Positions 1-9,150 of a DNA stretch of 64,000 nt are shown here, piece after piece. A program made the translations under genes and the position numbers. Source of the stretch: an uncultured Candidatus Competibacteraceae bacterium (lineage in GTDB: Bacteria > Bacteroidota > Bacteroidia > CAIKAF01); NCBI GenBank assembly GCA_964624635.1, contig CAZUXM010000010.1, forward strand, positions 3,462 through 67,461. Direction: 5' to 3'. A model generated the notes under the pieces. It had not been told where the DNA came from. It did not search any database and worked only from the letters and a program-made list of their open reading frames with translations. Position 1 is the stretch's first letter. Each line of letters opens with the position of its first letter.

Positions 1-1
1 C

Positions 2-742
2 ATGGTAATGGTAGCTGAATTGGCACTGGGAGGAACAGCGGTTGGGACCGGTTTAAATACACCTAAAGGTTATGATGTAGTTGTTGCCAAAAAAATTGCT
101 GAATTTACCGGGCTACCATTTATAACTGCACCAAACAAATTTGAAGCATTGGCAGCTCATGATGCCATGGTTGAAATGAGTGGTGCTTTAAAAAGAGTAG
201 CGGTTTCATTAATGAAAATAGCGAATGATATAAGAATCTTAAGTTCGGGTCCACGTTGTGGTATTGGAGAAATTATTATCCCTGATAATGAGCCGGGATC
301 TTCTATCATGCCGGGTAAAGTAAATCCTACTCAACCCGAAGCCATGACTATGGTAGCTGCTCAGGTAATGGGAAATGATGTTGCCGTAAATATTGGTGGA
401 GCCACCGGACATTTTGAATTAAATGTATTTAAGCCTGTAATTGCGGCTAACGTTTTACAAAGTGCCAGATTAATCGGTGATGCTTGCGTAAGTTTTGATG
501 AAAAATGTGCAAAAGGGATTGAACCGAATTTACCAATCATTAAACAACATTTAGAAAACTCTTTAATGCTGGTTACAGCTTTAAATCCTCATGTTGGGTA
601 TGACAATGCTGCGAAGATTGCTAAAACAGCCCATAAAGAGGGAAAAACACTTAAACAAACTGCTGTTGACTTAGGATTGTTAACCGCAGAACAGTTTGAC
701 CAATGGGTTAAACCGGAAGAAATGACCGGAAGTTTGAAATAA
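2..742 (+). CDS. fumC: Fumarate hydratase class II, C-terminal part (5' end cut by window edge)
   Basis: ORF runs off the left edge. It carries the fumarase/aspartase family signature [13 protein letters not shown] and a typical class II C-terminus. Confidence 0.9.
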   Translation: MVMVAELALGGTAVGTGLNTPKGYDVVVAKKIAEFTGLPFITAPNKFEALAAHDAMVEMSGALKRVAVSLMKIANDIRILSSGPRCGIGEIIIPDNEPGSSIMPGKVNPTQPEAMTMVAAQVMGNDVAVNIGGATGHFELNVFKPVIAANVLQSARLIGDACVSFDEKCAKGIEPNLPIIKQHLENSLMLVTALNPHVGYDNAAKIAKTAHKEGKTLKQTAVDLGLLTAEQFDQWVKPEEMTGSLK

Positions 743-750
743 TGCATATA

Positions 751-777
751 AAAAAAGCCCCGAAATGGGGCTTTTTT
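751..777. terminator. Rho-independent terminator hairpin, bidirectional (A-run / GC stem / T-run)
   Basis: AAAAAAGCCCC-gaaat-GGGGCTTTTTT directly after the fumC stop, between convergent genes. Confidence 0.7.
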
Positions 778-805
778 ATTGTATATATGTGTTGGTAAAA
801 AGGGT

Positions 806-1297
806 CTATTTAAAGTAAGTATTATAGCATATCTCTGCCTTATCATGATCTCTAAAATATATTCTTCCTACTGATGATCTTTCGATGGTTGCAGGAACAT
901 TCGGAGCAGGATATGTAGTGGTTGAAATGGATGTAATGTCTTTTGATGTATATAAATAAATAACATCCAGTTGACCGGGAGTAAAGGTTGATTTTAAATC
1001 AGATACACCTAACGAACAACTACTTTTATCTAATTCATCCAACTTACATTCTATCATCTCAATTTTTACAGGAGTCCCATTATCAAACTCTACTGTAGTA
1101 TACCAAAGATTTTGATTCTTAATCTCTAAATAACAACGTTCGTAATGGCTATTTTTATTTACCGTAAAACTACATACCTCATTCCCGGGAATCTTAATTT
1201 TTTGTTTTCCAAAATCAAGTTCTGTTTGAGCTATAAGAACCGGGCTGCCTAATATGAATATCAATATTGGCAGTAATGATTTTCTAATTGAGTTCAT
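806..1297 (-). CDS. Hypothetical secreted protein (163 aa)
   Basis: ATG start with an N-terminal hydrophobic signal-like segment (LLPILIFILGSPVLIAQ). No recognisable domain. Confidence 0.5.
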   Translation of the reverse strand: MNSIRKSLLPILIFILGSPVLIAQTELDFGKQKIKIPGNEVCSFTVNKNSHYERCYLEIKNQNLWYTTVEFDNGTPVKIEMIECKLDELDKSSCSLGVSDLKSTFTPGQLDVIYLYTSKDITSISTTTYPAPNVPATIERSSVGRIYFRDHDKAEICYNTYFK

Positions 1298-1382
1298 ATT
1301 ACCAATTTACAAAAATGTTTTTGAGAGTTGGCTATGTTCAATCATATTTTAATACTAACAATGTTTGTTAAAAACTCTGGAA

Positions 1383-2714
1383 TCACACTTCCATCCTGAT
1401 TCTCCATTCAGTAGGATAATAATTATTGATTCGGTTGCCTAAATATTTAGCTAGCCCTAGTATAGAAGAATCATATCGAATAATATGCCATCCATGTTGA
1501 TTAGATGATAATTTAATATCTTTTTTAGCCAGATATTCCAAAGCTGTTTGTTGGTCTACTTCTATTTCAGGATAGTAATTATTATAATAGATACTCATCG
1601 ATAAGGCATGATCTGGAATAAGGTCTTTTCCCTTTATTGAACCAATATTTAAATACCCCCCTAACACTTTTGTAATGGAAGTAATTTTCTTCCATTCATC
1701 TGATAATTGTTTATGTACCCCAAAAACATTTTCATTAAGTTGTAAAAACTCAAATTTTTCCTCATGGGTTACCATCGGAGACACCCTTTCTTTAAAACTA
1801 GTATTACTCCAATTAATTTTTGCTTTTTTGATGACATGTTCACTATCAATAGTATCCGTTTTACGCAATACACAACAATAAAACCCTTCTCCTTTACTGA
1901 GGTGAGGATAAAATGCATAACCGCCCCCATCAGTATTTCTAACTGAAGAAAACACGGAAGCATCTACAGAGATGAGTTCTACCGGGAACTCCTCTAACAT
2001 CCATTCTAAATTCTCATCATTCTCTGCAGGATTAAACGTACAGGTGGAATATATACAATAGCCTCCTACATTTAATGCAGGTAAAATATCAGCAATGATT
2101 TTTTTTTGACGTTTTGAACATAGATTGCAATTTGCTTCACTCCATTCATCAATGGCATCTTTATCTTTTCTGAATAAGCCCTCTCCACTACAAGGGGCAT
2201 CAATTACTATACAATCAAAAAACTCATCAAGTCCACCCAATACATGCACATCCGTATTAGTTACCCATGTATTTGCATAACCCCATTTAATGATATTTTC
2301 CAATAAAATTTGTGCTCTTGAGCGAATCACCTCATTGCTCACTAAAAGTCCTTCTCTATTTAACCAGGACGCAATTAAAGTAGATTTACCTCCGGGAGCT
2401 GCACAAAGATCCAATACTCTGATGTTTTTATTTGAAAATAAGTTTTCAAGAATATAATGAATAAACATGGAGCTTGACTCTTGTACATAATATGCTCCTG
2501 TGTGAAAATACGGGTCAAGTGTAAAAACAGGGCGTTTATTTAAATAGTACGCATTATTACACCATGGAATTTCATCATTACCTAATTTTACATTCTTTCC
2601 TTTTAGCGGGTGTTTTCTGATTGAGGTAACAGCCGGATTATTTAATGCATCGATAAATGCATCTGCATCGGAGAATTGAGTTTTGATTCTTTGAATGAAT
2701 AAATCCGGAAACAT
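1383..2714 (-). CDS. RNA cytosine-C5 methyltransferase, NOL1/NOP2/Sun family (RsmF-like)
   Basis: SAM-binding LDLCAAPGGKS and catalytic DAPCSGEG / TCT motifs. The track start at 2753 is TTG; trimmed to the ATG at 2714, which abuts the upstream gene. Confidence 0.75.
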   Translation of the reverse strand: MFPDLFIQRIKTQFSDADAFIDALNNPAVTSIRKHPLKGKNVKLGNDEIPWCNNAYYLNKRPVFTLDPYFHTGAYYVQESSSMFIHYILENLFSNKNIRVLDLCAAPGGKSTLIASWLNREGLLVSNEVIRSRAQILLENIIKWGYANTWVTNTDVHVLGGLDEFFDCIVIDAPCSGEGLFRKDKDAIDEWSEANCNLCSKRQKKIIADILPALNVGGYCIYSTCTFNPAENDENLEWMLEEFPVELISVDASVFSSVRNTDGGGYAFYPHLSKGEGFYCCVLRKTDTIDSEHVIKKAKINWSNTSFKERVSPMVTHEEKFEFLQLNENVFGVHKQLSDEWKKITSITKVLGGYLNIGSIKGKDLIPDHALSMSIYYNNYYPEIEVDQQTALEYLAKKDIKLSSNQHGWHIIRYDSSILGLAKYLGNRINNYYPTEWRIRMEV

Positions 2715-2715
2715 A

Positions 2716-3480
2716 TTAATTGTTTCTTTGACGAACAGCTTCAAATAATGCAATACCGGTTGCTACAGAAACATTTAAACTTTCTACAGGTCCCGACATA
2801 GGTATTTTACACGTAGCATCACATAACTTTAAATATTCCGGTGAAATACCATCTTCCTCACTTCCCATAACAATGGTAGTAGGTTTTGTTAGCTCTGCAG
2901 TATATAAAAGTTGTTTGGTTTTTTCGGTAATACCTACTACTTGTATCCCTGACTCTTTTAAAAATTTGATAGTATCTTTTAAGTTATATGACCTGCATAT
3001 AGGAATTTGATGAATGGCTCCTGCAGATGATTTAATCGCATCTTCATTAAGTTGTGCTGCTCCACGCGAAGGTACTATTACTGCATCGGCTCCGGCACAA
3101 ACAGCACTCCTGCATATGGCACCTACATTACGTACATCCGTAATACGATCAAGAATGACCAATAAAGGAGTTTTGCCTTCTTCAAATAGTTTAGGAACTA
3201 TATTTTCGATATTCTGATATTCAACCAATCCTAAAAAAGCAATAATACCCTGATGAGGTTTCATGGTTATCTTATTTAACTTCTCAACAGGCACATCCTG
3301 CATAGGAATGTTTCGGTCTTTACAGATTTTAAAAATTTCACCTGTAAATTCATTTTTTAACCCTTTTTTGATGAGAATCTTCTCTATTTCTTTACCACTA
3401 TGTAATGCTTCTAATACCGGATGCATACCATACGTGAATGGCATGGTGCTTTTAGGTGGATAAAATTTCTTTTCTTGCAT
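2716..3480 (-). CDS. rlmB: SpoU/TrmH-family 23S rRNA 2'-O-ribose methyltransferase (RlmB-like)
   Basis: N-terminal substrate-binding domain (GMHPVLEAL) plus SpoU motifs (NVGAICRSA, VMGSEEDGIS, IPMSGPVESLNVSVA). Confidence 0.75.
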   Translation of the reverse strand: MQEKKFYPPKSTMPFTYGMHPVLEALHSGKEIEKILIKKGLKNEFTGEIFKICKDRNIPMQDVPVEKLNKITMKPHQGIIAFLGLVEYQNIENIVPKLFEEGKTPLLVILDRITDVRNVGAICRSAVCAGADAVIVPSRGAAQLNEDAIKSSAGAIHQIPICRSYNLKDTIKFLKESGIQVVGITEKTKQLLYTAELTKPTTIVMGSEEDGISPEYLKLCDATCKIPMSGPVESLNVSVATGIALFEAVRQRNN

Positions 3481-3555
3481 GTGTACAAAAGTACAAATTA
3501 TACCAATGGTTTTGTTTACTTATTAAAGTTAGAAATTACTCATTACCTTTGTCTA

Positions 3556-4752
3556 ATGAAAACTTATCACGTTCCCTTAATTATACAGGCTATACAGTGG
3601 ATCTTTGTAAAGAAGAAAACTCCCGGAAAAGCATTGGAACTTTTATACAAAACCTACGAAGTAAACGGATTTGATAAAAAAATTGTAAGTGAAAATGTAT
3701 ACGAAATTATTAGATGGTGGAGATTACTGGTTGAGTCAAATAATAACAACCCCAGTATGCAGGATGAAAACATTGCCCGTATTATTGGAATCAATCTGAT
3801 AAAAAAAGGGAATAATCTTCCTCCACATCCGTGGTTAAAAAAGCTCAATATAAATACCATTCAAAAAAAGCTGGAAGAAAAAATAAATATTGATGTTTGT
3901 AAACATTCATTGCCTGATTGGATAGAAGAAAAAGGCAAAGAAGAATTAGGGAATCAATGGGATGAAATGATGAATGCTTTAAATTCTTCTTATAAAATTT
4001 GTTTAAGAGTAAATACGCTAAAAACTAATTTGGAAGAGGTGGTTTCTGAATTTAAAGAAGAAGAGTTTGAGATTTCTACTTCTCAATTAAGTGAAGATGG
4101 GATAGTACTAAACGAATTTGAGAATATTTTCAGACACCCATTTTTTAAAAATGGGATGGTAGAGATACAAGACATGGGGTCGCAACATGTAGCCTTTTTT
4201 ACCGGGGTTAAGCCGGGTTTACGAGTAATAGATGCTTGTGCTGGGGCAGGGGGTAAAACCTTACATATGGCGGCCAGAATGAAAAACAAAGGGAAAATTA
4301 TTGCTCTGGATATTCATCCATATAAATTGGATGAATTAAAAACACGTTGTAAAAGAGCCGGGGTTGAAAATGTAGAACCCAAACACATTGAAAACAATAA
4401 AGTAATTAAACGATTAAAAGAATCTGCGGATCTTGTACTTATTGACGCACCATGCAGCGGATTAGGTGTGTTAAAACGTAATCCTGACATTAAATGGAAA
4501 TTACATCAAGACGAGTTGGAGGAAATATTAGAAATACAGAAAGACCTCCTGCACAAATATTCTACCATGGTAAAAAAAGGGGGTAAACTGGTGTATGTTA
4601 CCTGTAGTATTTTCCCCAGCGAAAATGAATGGAGAATAAAAGAGTTTATTGAATCTCACCCGGATTTTGAACTGGAAGAAGAAAAAAATATTTCACCTGC
4701 TATTCCCGAAAGTGATGGTTTTTATATGGCAAGGTTGGTAAAGAAGAATTAA
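3556..4752 (+). CDS. rsmB: 16S rRNA m5C methyltransferase, RsmB/Sun-like
   Basis: VIDACAGAGGKT SAM motif, DAPCSGLGV and VTCS catalytic Cys motifs. The track ORF starts at 3421 inside the divergent promoter region; trimmed to ATG 3556 (MKTYHV). Confidence 0.7.
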   Translation: MKTYHVPLIIQAIQWIFVKKKTPGKALELLYKTYEVNGFDKKIVSENVYEIIRWWRLLVESNNNNPSMQDENIARIIGINLIKKGNNLPPHPWLKKLNINTIQKKLEEKINIDVCKHSLPDWIEEKGKEELGNQWDEMMNALNSSYKICLRVNTLKTNLEEVVSEFKEEEFEISTSQLSEDGIVLNEFENIFRHPFFKNGMVEIQDMGSQHVAFFTGVKPGLRVIDACAGAGGKTLHMAARMKNKGKIIALDIHPYKLDELKTRCKRAGVENVEPKHIENNKVIKRLKESADLVLIDAPCSGLGVLKRNPDIKWKLHQDELEEILEIQKDLLHKYSTMVKKGGKLVYVTCSIFPSENEWRIKEFIESHPDFELEEEKNISPAIPESDGFYMARLVKKN

Positions 4753-5801
4753 TTATTGACATTACGTACTGTAGTAGGAGTAATTTTTTTCTTATATTTT
4801 TTCTTTTTACCACTAGGATAAGTGATTATCCCTTCAACAAATTCATCATTGAGAAATGTACCTGTTTCCGTTGTTCCGTCTGGGAAAACATAAACCCCTT
4901 CTCCCTCTCTTCTCCCTTCGTAAAAATTTCCTTTGTAAATATCACCATTGCTAAAACGAAGTTCACCGTAACCGTGGCGTTTATTATTTAGATAATTACA
5001 ATCGCAAATAGCACCATCGCTGCTAGTATATTTACCTTTGCCATTTCTTTTATCACTCACCCAGTTACCTTCATAAATATCTTTGGTATCACTCCAAAAA
5101 TAAATCCCGTAACCATTATAATTTCCATTAAGAAAGGCTCCTATATAATACGACCCATCTACATAGGTGAATGTTCCCTGACCCGTTTTTTGTCCATTGG
5201 CCCAGTCTCCTTCATACTTATTACCATCTGAAAAATAAAAGACACCTTTACCATGCTCCTTATTGTCAATATAATCTCCAATATATTTATTACCGGTTTT
5301 AAAAATGTAAGTACCCTTTCCCGTTCTTTTTCCATCAATCCAATCTCCTTCATAAGTATCGCCTACTGCCCAGGTGTACTTTCCAAAACCATGCATCTCA
5401 TTTCTTTTAAAATCTCCTTCATATACGTCCCCATTAGCTAAACCATCAAACATTCCGGCTTTCATATCTCCTTGATATACCTCTCCTGTTATAAACTTAA
5501 ATATACCCCTGCCTGAAGGTTCATTATTGATAAATAATCCGGTGTATACGTTTCCATTTTTCCAGGTATAAGTTCCCTGACCATTTCTTTGATTATTTTT
5601 CCATTCACCCTCATATACTGACCCATTGGCGTCAGTAATTTTACCATAACCATCACACATTTTATTTTTAAAATCCCCAGAATAAACGGTCCCATCGGAG
5701 TATTTATAAGTACCCTTGCCGTTGTTGCAATTTCCCAAAATGCACTGAGAATAAGCAACTTGTGATAAAACTAAGAGAATAGATAGGGTAAAGTACCTCA
5801 T
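4749..5801 (-). CDS. Secreted MORN-repeat protein (~13 repeats)
   Basis: About 13 consecutive 23-aa units of the form YxGxWxxxxxxGxGxxxxxxG. Trimmed from the TTG at 5852 to ATG 5801, which gives the signal peptide MRYFTLSILLVLSQVAYSQ. Confidence 0.8.
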   Translation of the reverse strand: MRYFTLSILLVLSQVAYSQCILGNCNNGKGTYKYSDGTVYSGDFKNKMCDGYGKITDANGSVYEGEWKNNQRNGQGTYTWKNGNVYTGLFINNEPSGRGIFKFITGEVYQGDMKAGMFDGLANGDVYEGDFKRNEMHGFGKYTWAVGDTYEGDWIDGKRTGKGTYIFKTGNKYIGDYIDNKEHGKGVFYFSDGNKYEGDWANGQKTGQGTFTYVDGSYYIGAFLNGNYNGYGIYFWSDTKDIYEGNWVSDKRNGKGKYTSSDGAICDCNYLNNKRHGYGELRFSNGDIYKGNFYEGRREGEGVYVFPDGTTETGTFLNDEFVEGIITYPSGKKKKYKKKITPTTVRNVNN

Positions 5802-5893
5802 GTAAATACAATCGTTATATGCAATAATACACAGAAAACGTGCCGTAAACAAAGTTGTTGTTTAATTAAATATGGTATTTAGCAAGTAAAAGG

Positions 5894-6385
5894 TTAGGAA
5901 ATTCTTTCGAATCGTTGAAAAGTATAATTATATGCATGTTTTTCATCTGTAAGATGTGCTTCTTCCCAAACTAGTTTCCAATGGTTCCAGTTAACTTCCG
6001 GGAAATACACATCTGCCTCCATAATAACATCAACACGGGTTAAAACTAAAATATGAGCCAAAGGAAGTGCTTCTTTATACATTTGGGCTCCTCCCACTAT
6101 ACAAATCTCTTCTGAGTCTTTAAAATGCTCCAATGCAGCTTCTAGTGTGTTAAAAACTACAATATTTTCTACTTGAATAGTATTATCTCTGGTAATAACC
6201 ACATTTACTCTTCCGGGTAAAGCCCTTCTTCCAATGGATTCGAACGTTTTGCGCCCCATGATGATTATTTTACCTAATGTATAGGCCTTAAAAAATTTCA
6301 AATCATTGGATAAATGCCAAAGTAACTGGTTGTTTTTACCAATGGCAAAATTTTCGGCGACTGCGGCTACCAAACTAATTTTCAT
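5894..6385 (-). CDS. folA: Dihydrofolate reductase
   Basis: 163 aa with IGKNNQLLWHL, IMGRKTFESIG and a GGAQMY-type motif. Lies immediately downstream of thyA. Confidence 0.9.
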   Translation of the reverse strand: MKISLVAAVAENFAIGKNNQLLWHLSNDLKFFKAYTLGKIIIMGRKTFESIGRRALPGRVNVVITRDNTIQVENIVVFNTLEAALEHFKDSEEICIVGGAQMYKEALPLAHILVLTRVDVIMEADVYFPEVNWNHWKLVWEEAHLTDEKHAYNYTFQRFERIS

Positions 6386-6393
6386 ATCAAATA

Positions 6394-7275
6394 TTATACG
6401 GCTACCTCAGCTTTAATATGAGGATGTGGATCATAATTAAGTAACGTAAAATCGTTGTAAGTAAAATCAAAAATGTTTTTTACAGCCGGATTCATCTGCA
6501 TAGTAGGCAAAGTTCTGTAGTCTCTGCTTAATTGCAAATGAGCTTGATCAATATGATTTGAATATAAATGGGAATCACCTAACGTATGTACAAAATCTCC
6601 GGGTTGTAAATCACAAACTTGAGCAATCATCATGGTAAATAATGCATATGAGGCAATATTAAAAGGGACTCCTAAAAACACATCCGCACTACGTTGATAT
6701 AATTGGCATGATAGTTTTCCATCGGCTACATAAAATTGAAAAAATGCATGACATGGAGGTAGTGCCATTTGATCAATCTGGCCCACATTCCAAGCACTAA
6801 CGATCATCCTGCGGGAATCCGGATTTTTTTTGATGGTATCAATCAACTGTGTAATCTGATCAATATGTTTTCCATCAGGGGTTGGCCAATTTCTCCATTG
6901 ATAACCATATACCGGACCTAAATCCCCGAATTTTTTTGCAAACGCTGAATCATTAGCTACCTTATCCGAAAATTCCTGAATCGTTTCTCCTTTAAACTCT
7001 TCGCTTTTTTTATATTTTGCATAAGGCCAATCATCCCAAATACGAACACCATTTTGGGCTAAATATTCAATATTTGTTTCACCTTTTAAAAACCAAAGTA
7101 ATTCATGAACAATAGATTTTAAGTGAAGTTTTTTGGTAGTTACCAATGGAAATCCTTTAGATAAATCAAACCTCATTTGATGTCCGAATACGCTAATTGT
7201 TCCCGTTCCGGTTCTATCTTCTTTTTTTACTCCTTCATCAAGGATTCTTTGCATCAACTGATGGTATTGCTCCAT
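6394..7275 (-). CDS. thyA: Thymidylate synthase (ThyA type)
   Basis: [20 protein letters not shown] (catalytic Cys) and [13 protein letters not shown] motifs, near-colinear with E. coli ThyA apart from a ~29-aa insert. Confidence 0.95.
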   Translation of the reverse strand: MEQYHQLMQRILDEGVKKEDRTGTGTISVFGHQMRFDLSKGFPLVTTKKLHLKSIVHELLWFLKGETNIEYLAQNGVRIWDDWPYAKYKKSEEFKGETIQEFSDKVANDSAFAKKFGDLGPVYGYQWRNWPTPDGKHIDQITQLIDTIKKNPDSRRMIVSAWNVGQIDQMALPPCHAFFQFYVADGKLSCQLYQRSADVFLGVPFNIASYALFTMMIAQVCDLQPGDFVHTLGDSHLYSNHIDQAHLQLSRDYRTLPTMQMNPAVKNIFDFTYNDFTLLNYDPHPHIKAEVAV

Positions 7276-7353
7276 AACCTAAATAAAATGATGATACAAA
7301 TTTAATGGAGAATCATCTGAAGTAAACAATAAGTTTTGATGTGTTTTAAACAG

Positions 7354-8979
7354 TTACCTGATTAAATTTAACTGACCTCGGTAAACGCTTTTGCTCCCAT
7401 TCAAATCTTCGAATTCAAACAGGTATACATACACCCCAGTTGGCATGTCGTTTCCAGTAGTATTTTTACCATTCCAACCTTGGGTGACATCATTCCATGA
7501 ATGAATTTCTTTCCCCCAACGATCAAAAATGGTGATTTGCGTTCTGAAACTACAATTGGCTTTTATGAAAAACTCCTGATTAACTTCATCAAGATTAGGG
7601 GTAAATGCATTCGGAATAAATACCTGAGATTCGCAACTGTTTACGTGAATAATAATTGAAGCTGTATCACTACAATCACCATTGGATGCTGTTAACAGTA
7701 CAAAATGATTTCCGGGATGAATAAATGTATGTTGGGGATTTTCATCATCAGATGTACCCGTTGTACCAAATTGCCAAGCATAATTATTGGCTCCTGTTGA
7801 GGTATTCGTAAAGTTTACCCATAAAGGAGAGTTCCCTGAAATACTATCGACTGTAAAAGCGGCGATTACATTCTCTTCTGTAATATAAAAATATACGGTA
7901 TCCGATAATGTACCACACGAATTAATTGCATTCACATAATAGGTTCCGGAATTGTTTACAGTAATCGTTTGATTGGTACTTCCTGTATTCCAAATATAAA
8001 ATCCGCCAGGTCCGGCGTCTAGCAATACACTTTCTCCTTCACAAAAACTAATATTTTCATCATGGATAAGTAATTCGGGGGGCGCCATTGGTAAGATATG
8101 AAGTGTATCTGTTATACTCCCATTACATGTTTGTACCTCAAGAATCAATGATCCTGAACTTACATCTCCCGGTCCAACTATATAATAAACATTTAGCTGA
8201 TTATTAGTTATCCATGTTCCTGACCCTCCATTCCAGACAAGGTCGGTATAAGTTCCGGATACAGATCCTGTCAATAGAATCGTATCACCAATACAAGCAT
8301 TTTGATCGACACCTGCATTTACTATTAATGGGATATATGGTGCAGTACATCCATTATTTACATACGTGGGATTTCCTGTCCAGTCATATACAACTGCAGC
8401 ACCATCTCTATCTGTAGATGAACCGGCAACTCCAATATTACCATTGATATCGGTTAATAATTGACATGAATAACTAACTATATCTGAACATCCACCAAAG
8501 TCTAAAGTGAGGTTTCTAATTCCACTTCCCGTAGCATTGGCAAAATGACCGGAAGTATTTCCAACACATTGGAAAATAATATAAACGGTATCACTTAATC
8601 CGGCAAAAGAATTGGCTGCTACACTAAAATTTGTACTGGATACTAAAATTACATCAGCACCTGCAGGTAAAATTCCGCCAACAGGTTCTAATAGAATTCC
8701 GCAAGATGTAATACTTGAATTTAGTTGAGCAACACTGGTAGCAGTTTGAGCATTCTGACAAACACCCAACCAGCTATTATTAGGCCAGTTTACCGTTAAA
8801 GATCCTGTAGTTAGTGGATTAGGACCTACTTTAAAACGAACCATTTCGTTTTCTCCTTCAGGATTACCACAAGCATCCACTAATATGCTTTCAATTTCAA
8901 AGCAGGTAGAGGGAGTTTGTGCATAGGTATATGCTCCAAACAAAACTGCAAAGAATAATATGAGGGTTCGCTTTTTCAC
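7354..8979 (-). CDS. Secreted protein with PKD domain and T9SS type B C-terminal sorting domain (gliding-motility-associated CTD)
   Basis: GTG start with signal peptide and an in-frame stop just upstream. PKD-like segment (FTVDS...NFTNTSTGANNYAWQFG...). C-terminus IPNAFTPNLDEVNQEF...IFDRWGKEI...WNGK...GVYVY...G.LNLIR matches the type B CTD pattern. Confidence 0.8.
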   Translation of the reverse strand: MKKRTLILFFAVLFGAYTYAQTPSTCFEIESILVDACGNPEGENEMVRFKVGPNPLTTGSLTVNWPNNSWLGVCQNAQTATSVAQLNSSITSCGILLEPVGGILPAGADVILVSSTNFSVAANSFAGLSDTVYIIFQCVGNTSGHFANATGSGIRNLTLDFGGCSDIVSYSCQLLTDINGNIGVAGSSTDRDGAAVVYDWTGNPTYVNNGCTAPYIPLIVNAGVDQNACIGDTILLTGSVSGTYTDLVWNGGSGTWITNNQLNVYYIVGPGDVSSGSLILEVQTCNGSITDTLHILPMAPPELLIHDENISFCEGESVLLDAGPGGFYIWNTGSTNQTITVNNSGTYYVNAINSCGTLSDTVYFYITEENVIAAFTVDSISGNSPLWVNFTNTSTGANNYAWQFGTTGTSDDENPQHTFIHPGNHFVLLTASNGDCSDTASIIIHVNSCESQVFIPNAFTPNLDEVNQEFFIKANCSFRTQITIFDRWGKEIHSWNDVTQGWNGKNTTGNDMPTGVYVYLFEFEDLNGSKSVYRGQLNLIR

Positions 8980-9100
8980 TGATTAATTCCGGGTAGCAAA
9001 GTTCGTTGATTTTTTATTGAATTATATCATCAGTAAATAAGTTTAACAACAAGATATTATTAGATATAAGTAACTGTATAAAAGAATGTTGGGCTGTTTA

Positions 9101-9127
9101 AAACAAAAAGGCCCCTAAAAAGGGGCC
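9101..9127 (-). terminator. Rho-independent terminator of giant gene A
   Basis: The minus strand reads GGCCCCT-tttt-AGGGGCC followed by TTTTTGTTTT, 24 nt after the stop. Confidence 0.7.
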
Positions 9128-9150
9128 CCTTATAAAAAATAATTATAGTA

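Noticed and set aside
589-846. 85-aa minus-strand ORF overlapping the fumC 3' end and its terminator
   Set aside because: It overlaps a strongly supported gene and runs through the terminator hairpin. No motif was found.
4749-4752. Convergent stop-codon overlaps (rsmB/MORN here; DUF4296-like/OmpA at 50675..50697) as possible annotation artefacts
   Set aside because: Both partners in each pair have full-length, homology-consistent C-termini. The overlaps are best explained by genome compaction.
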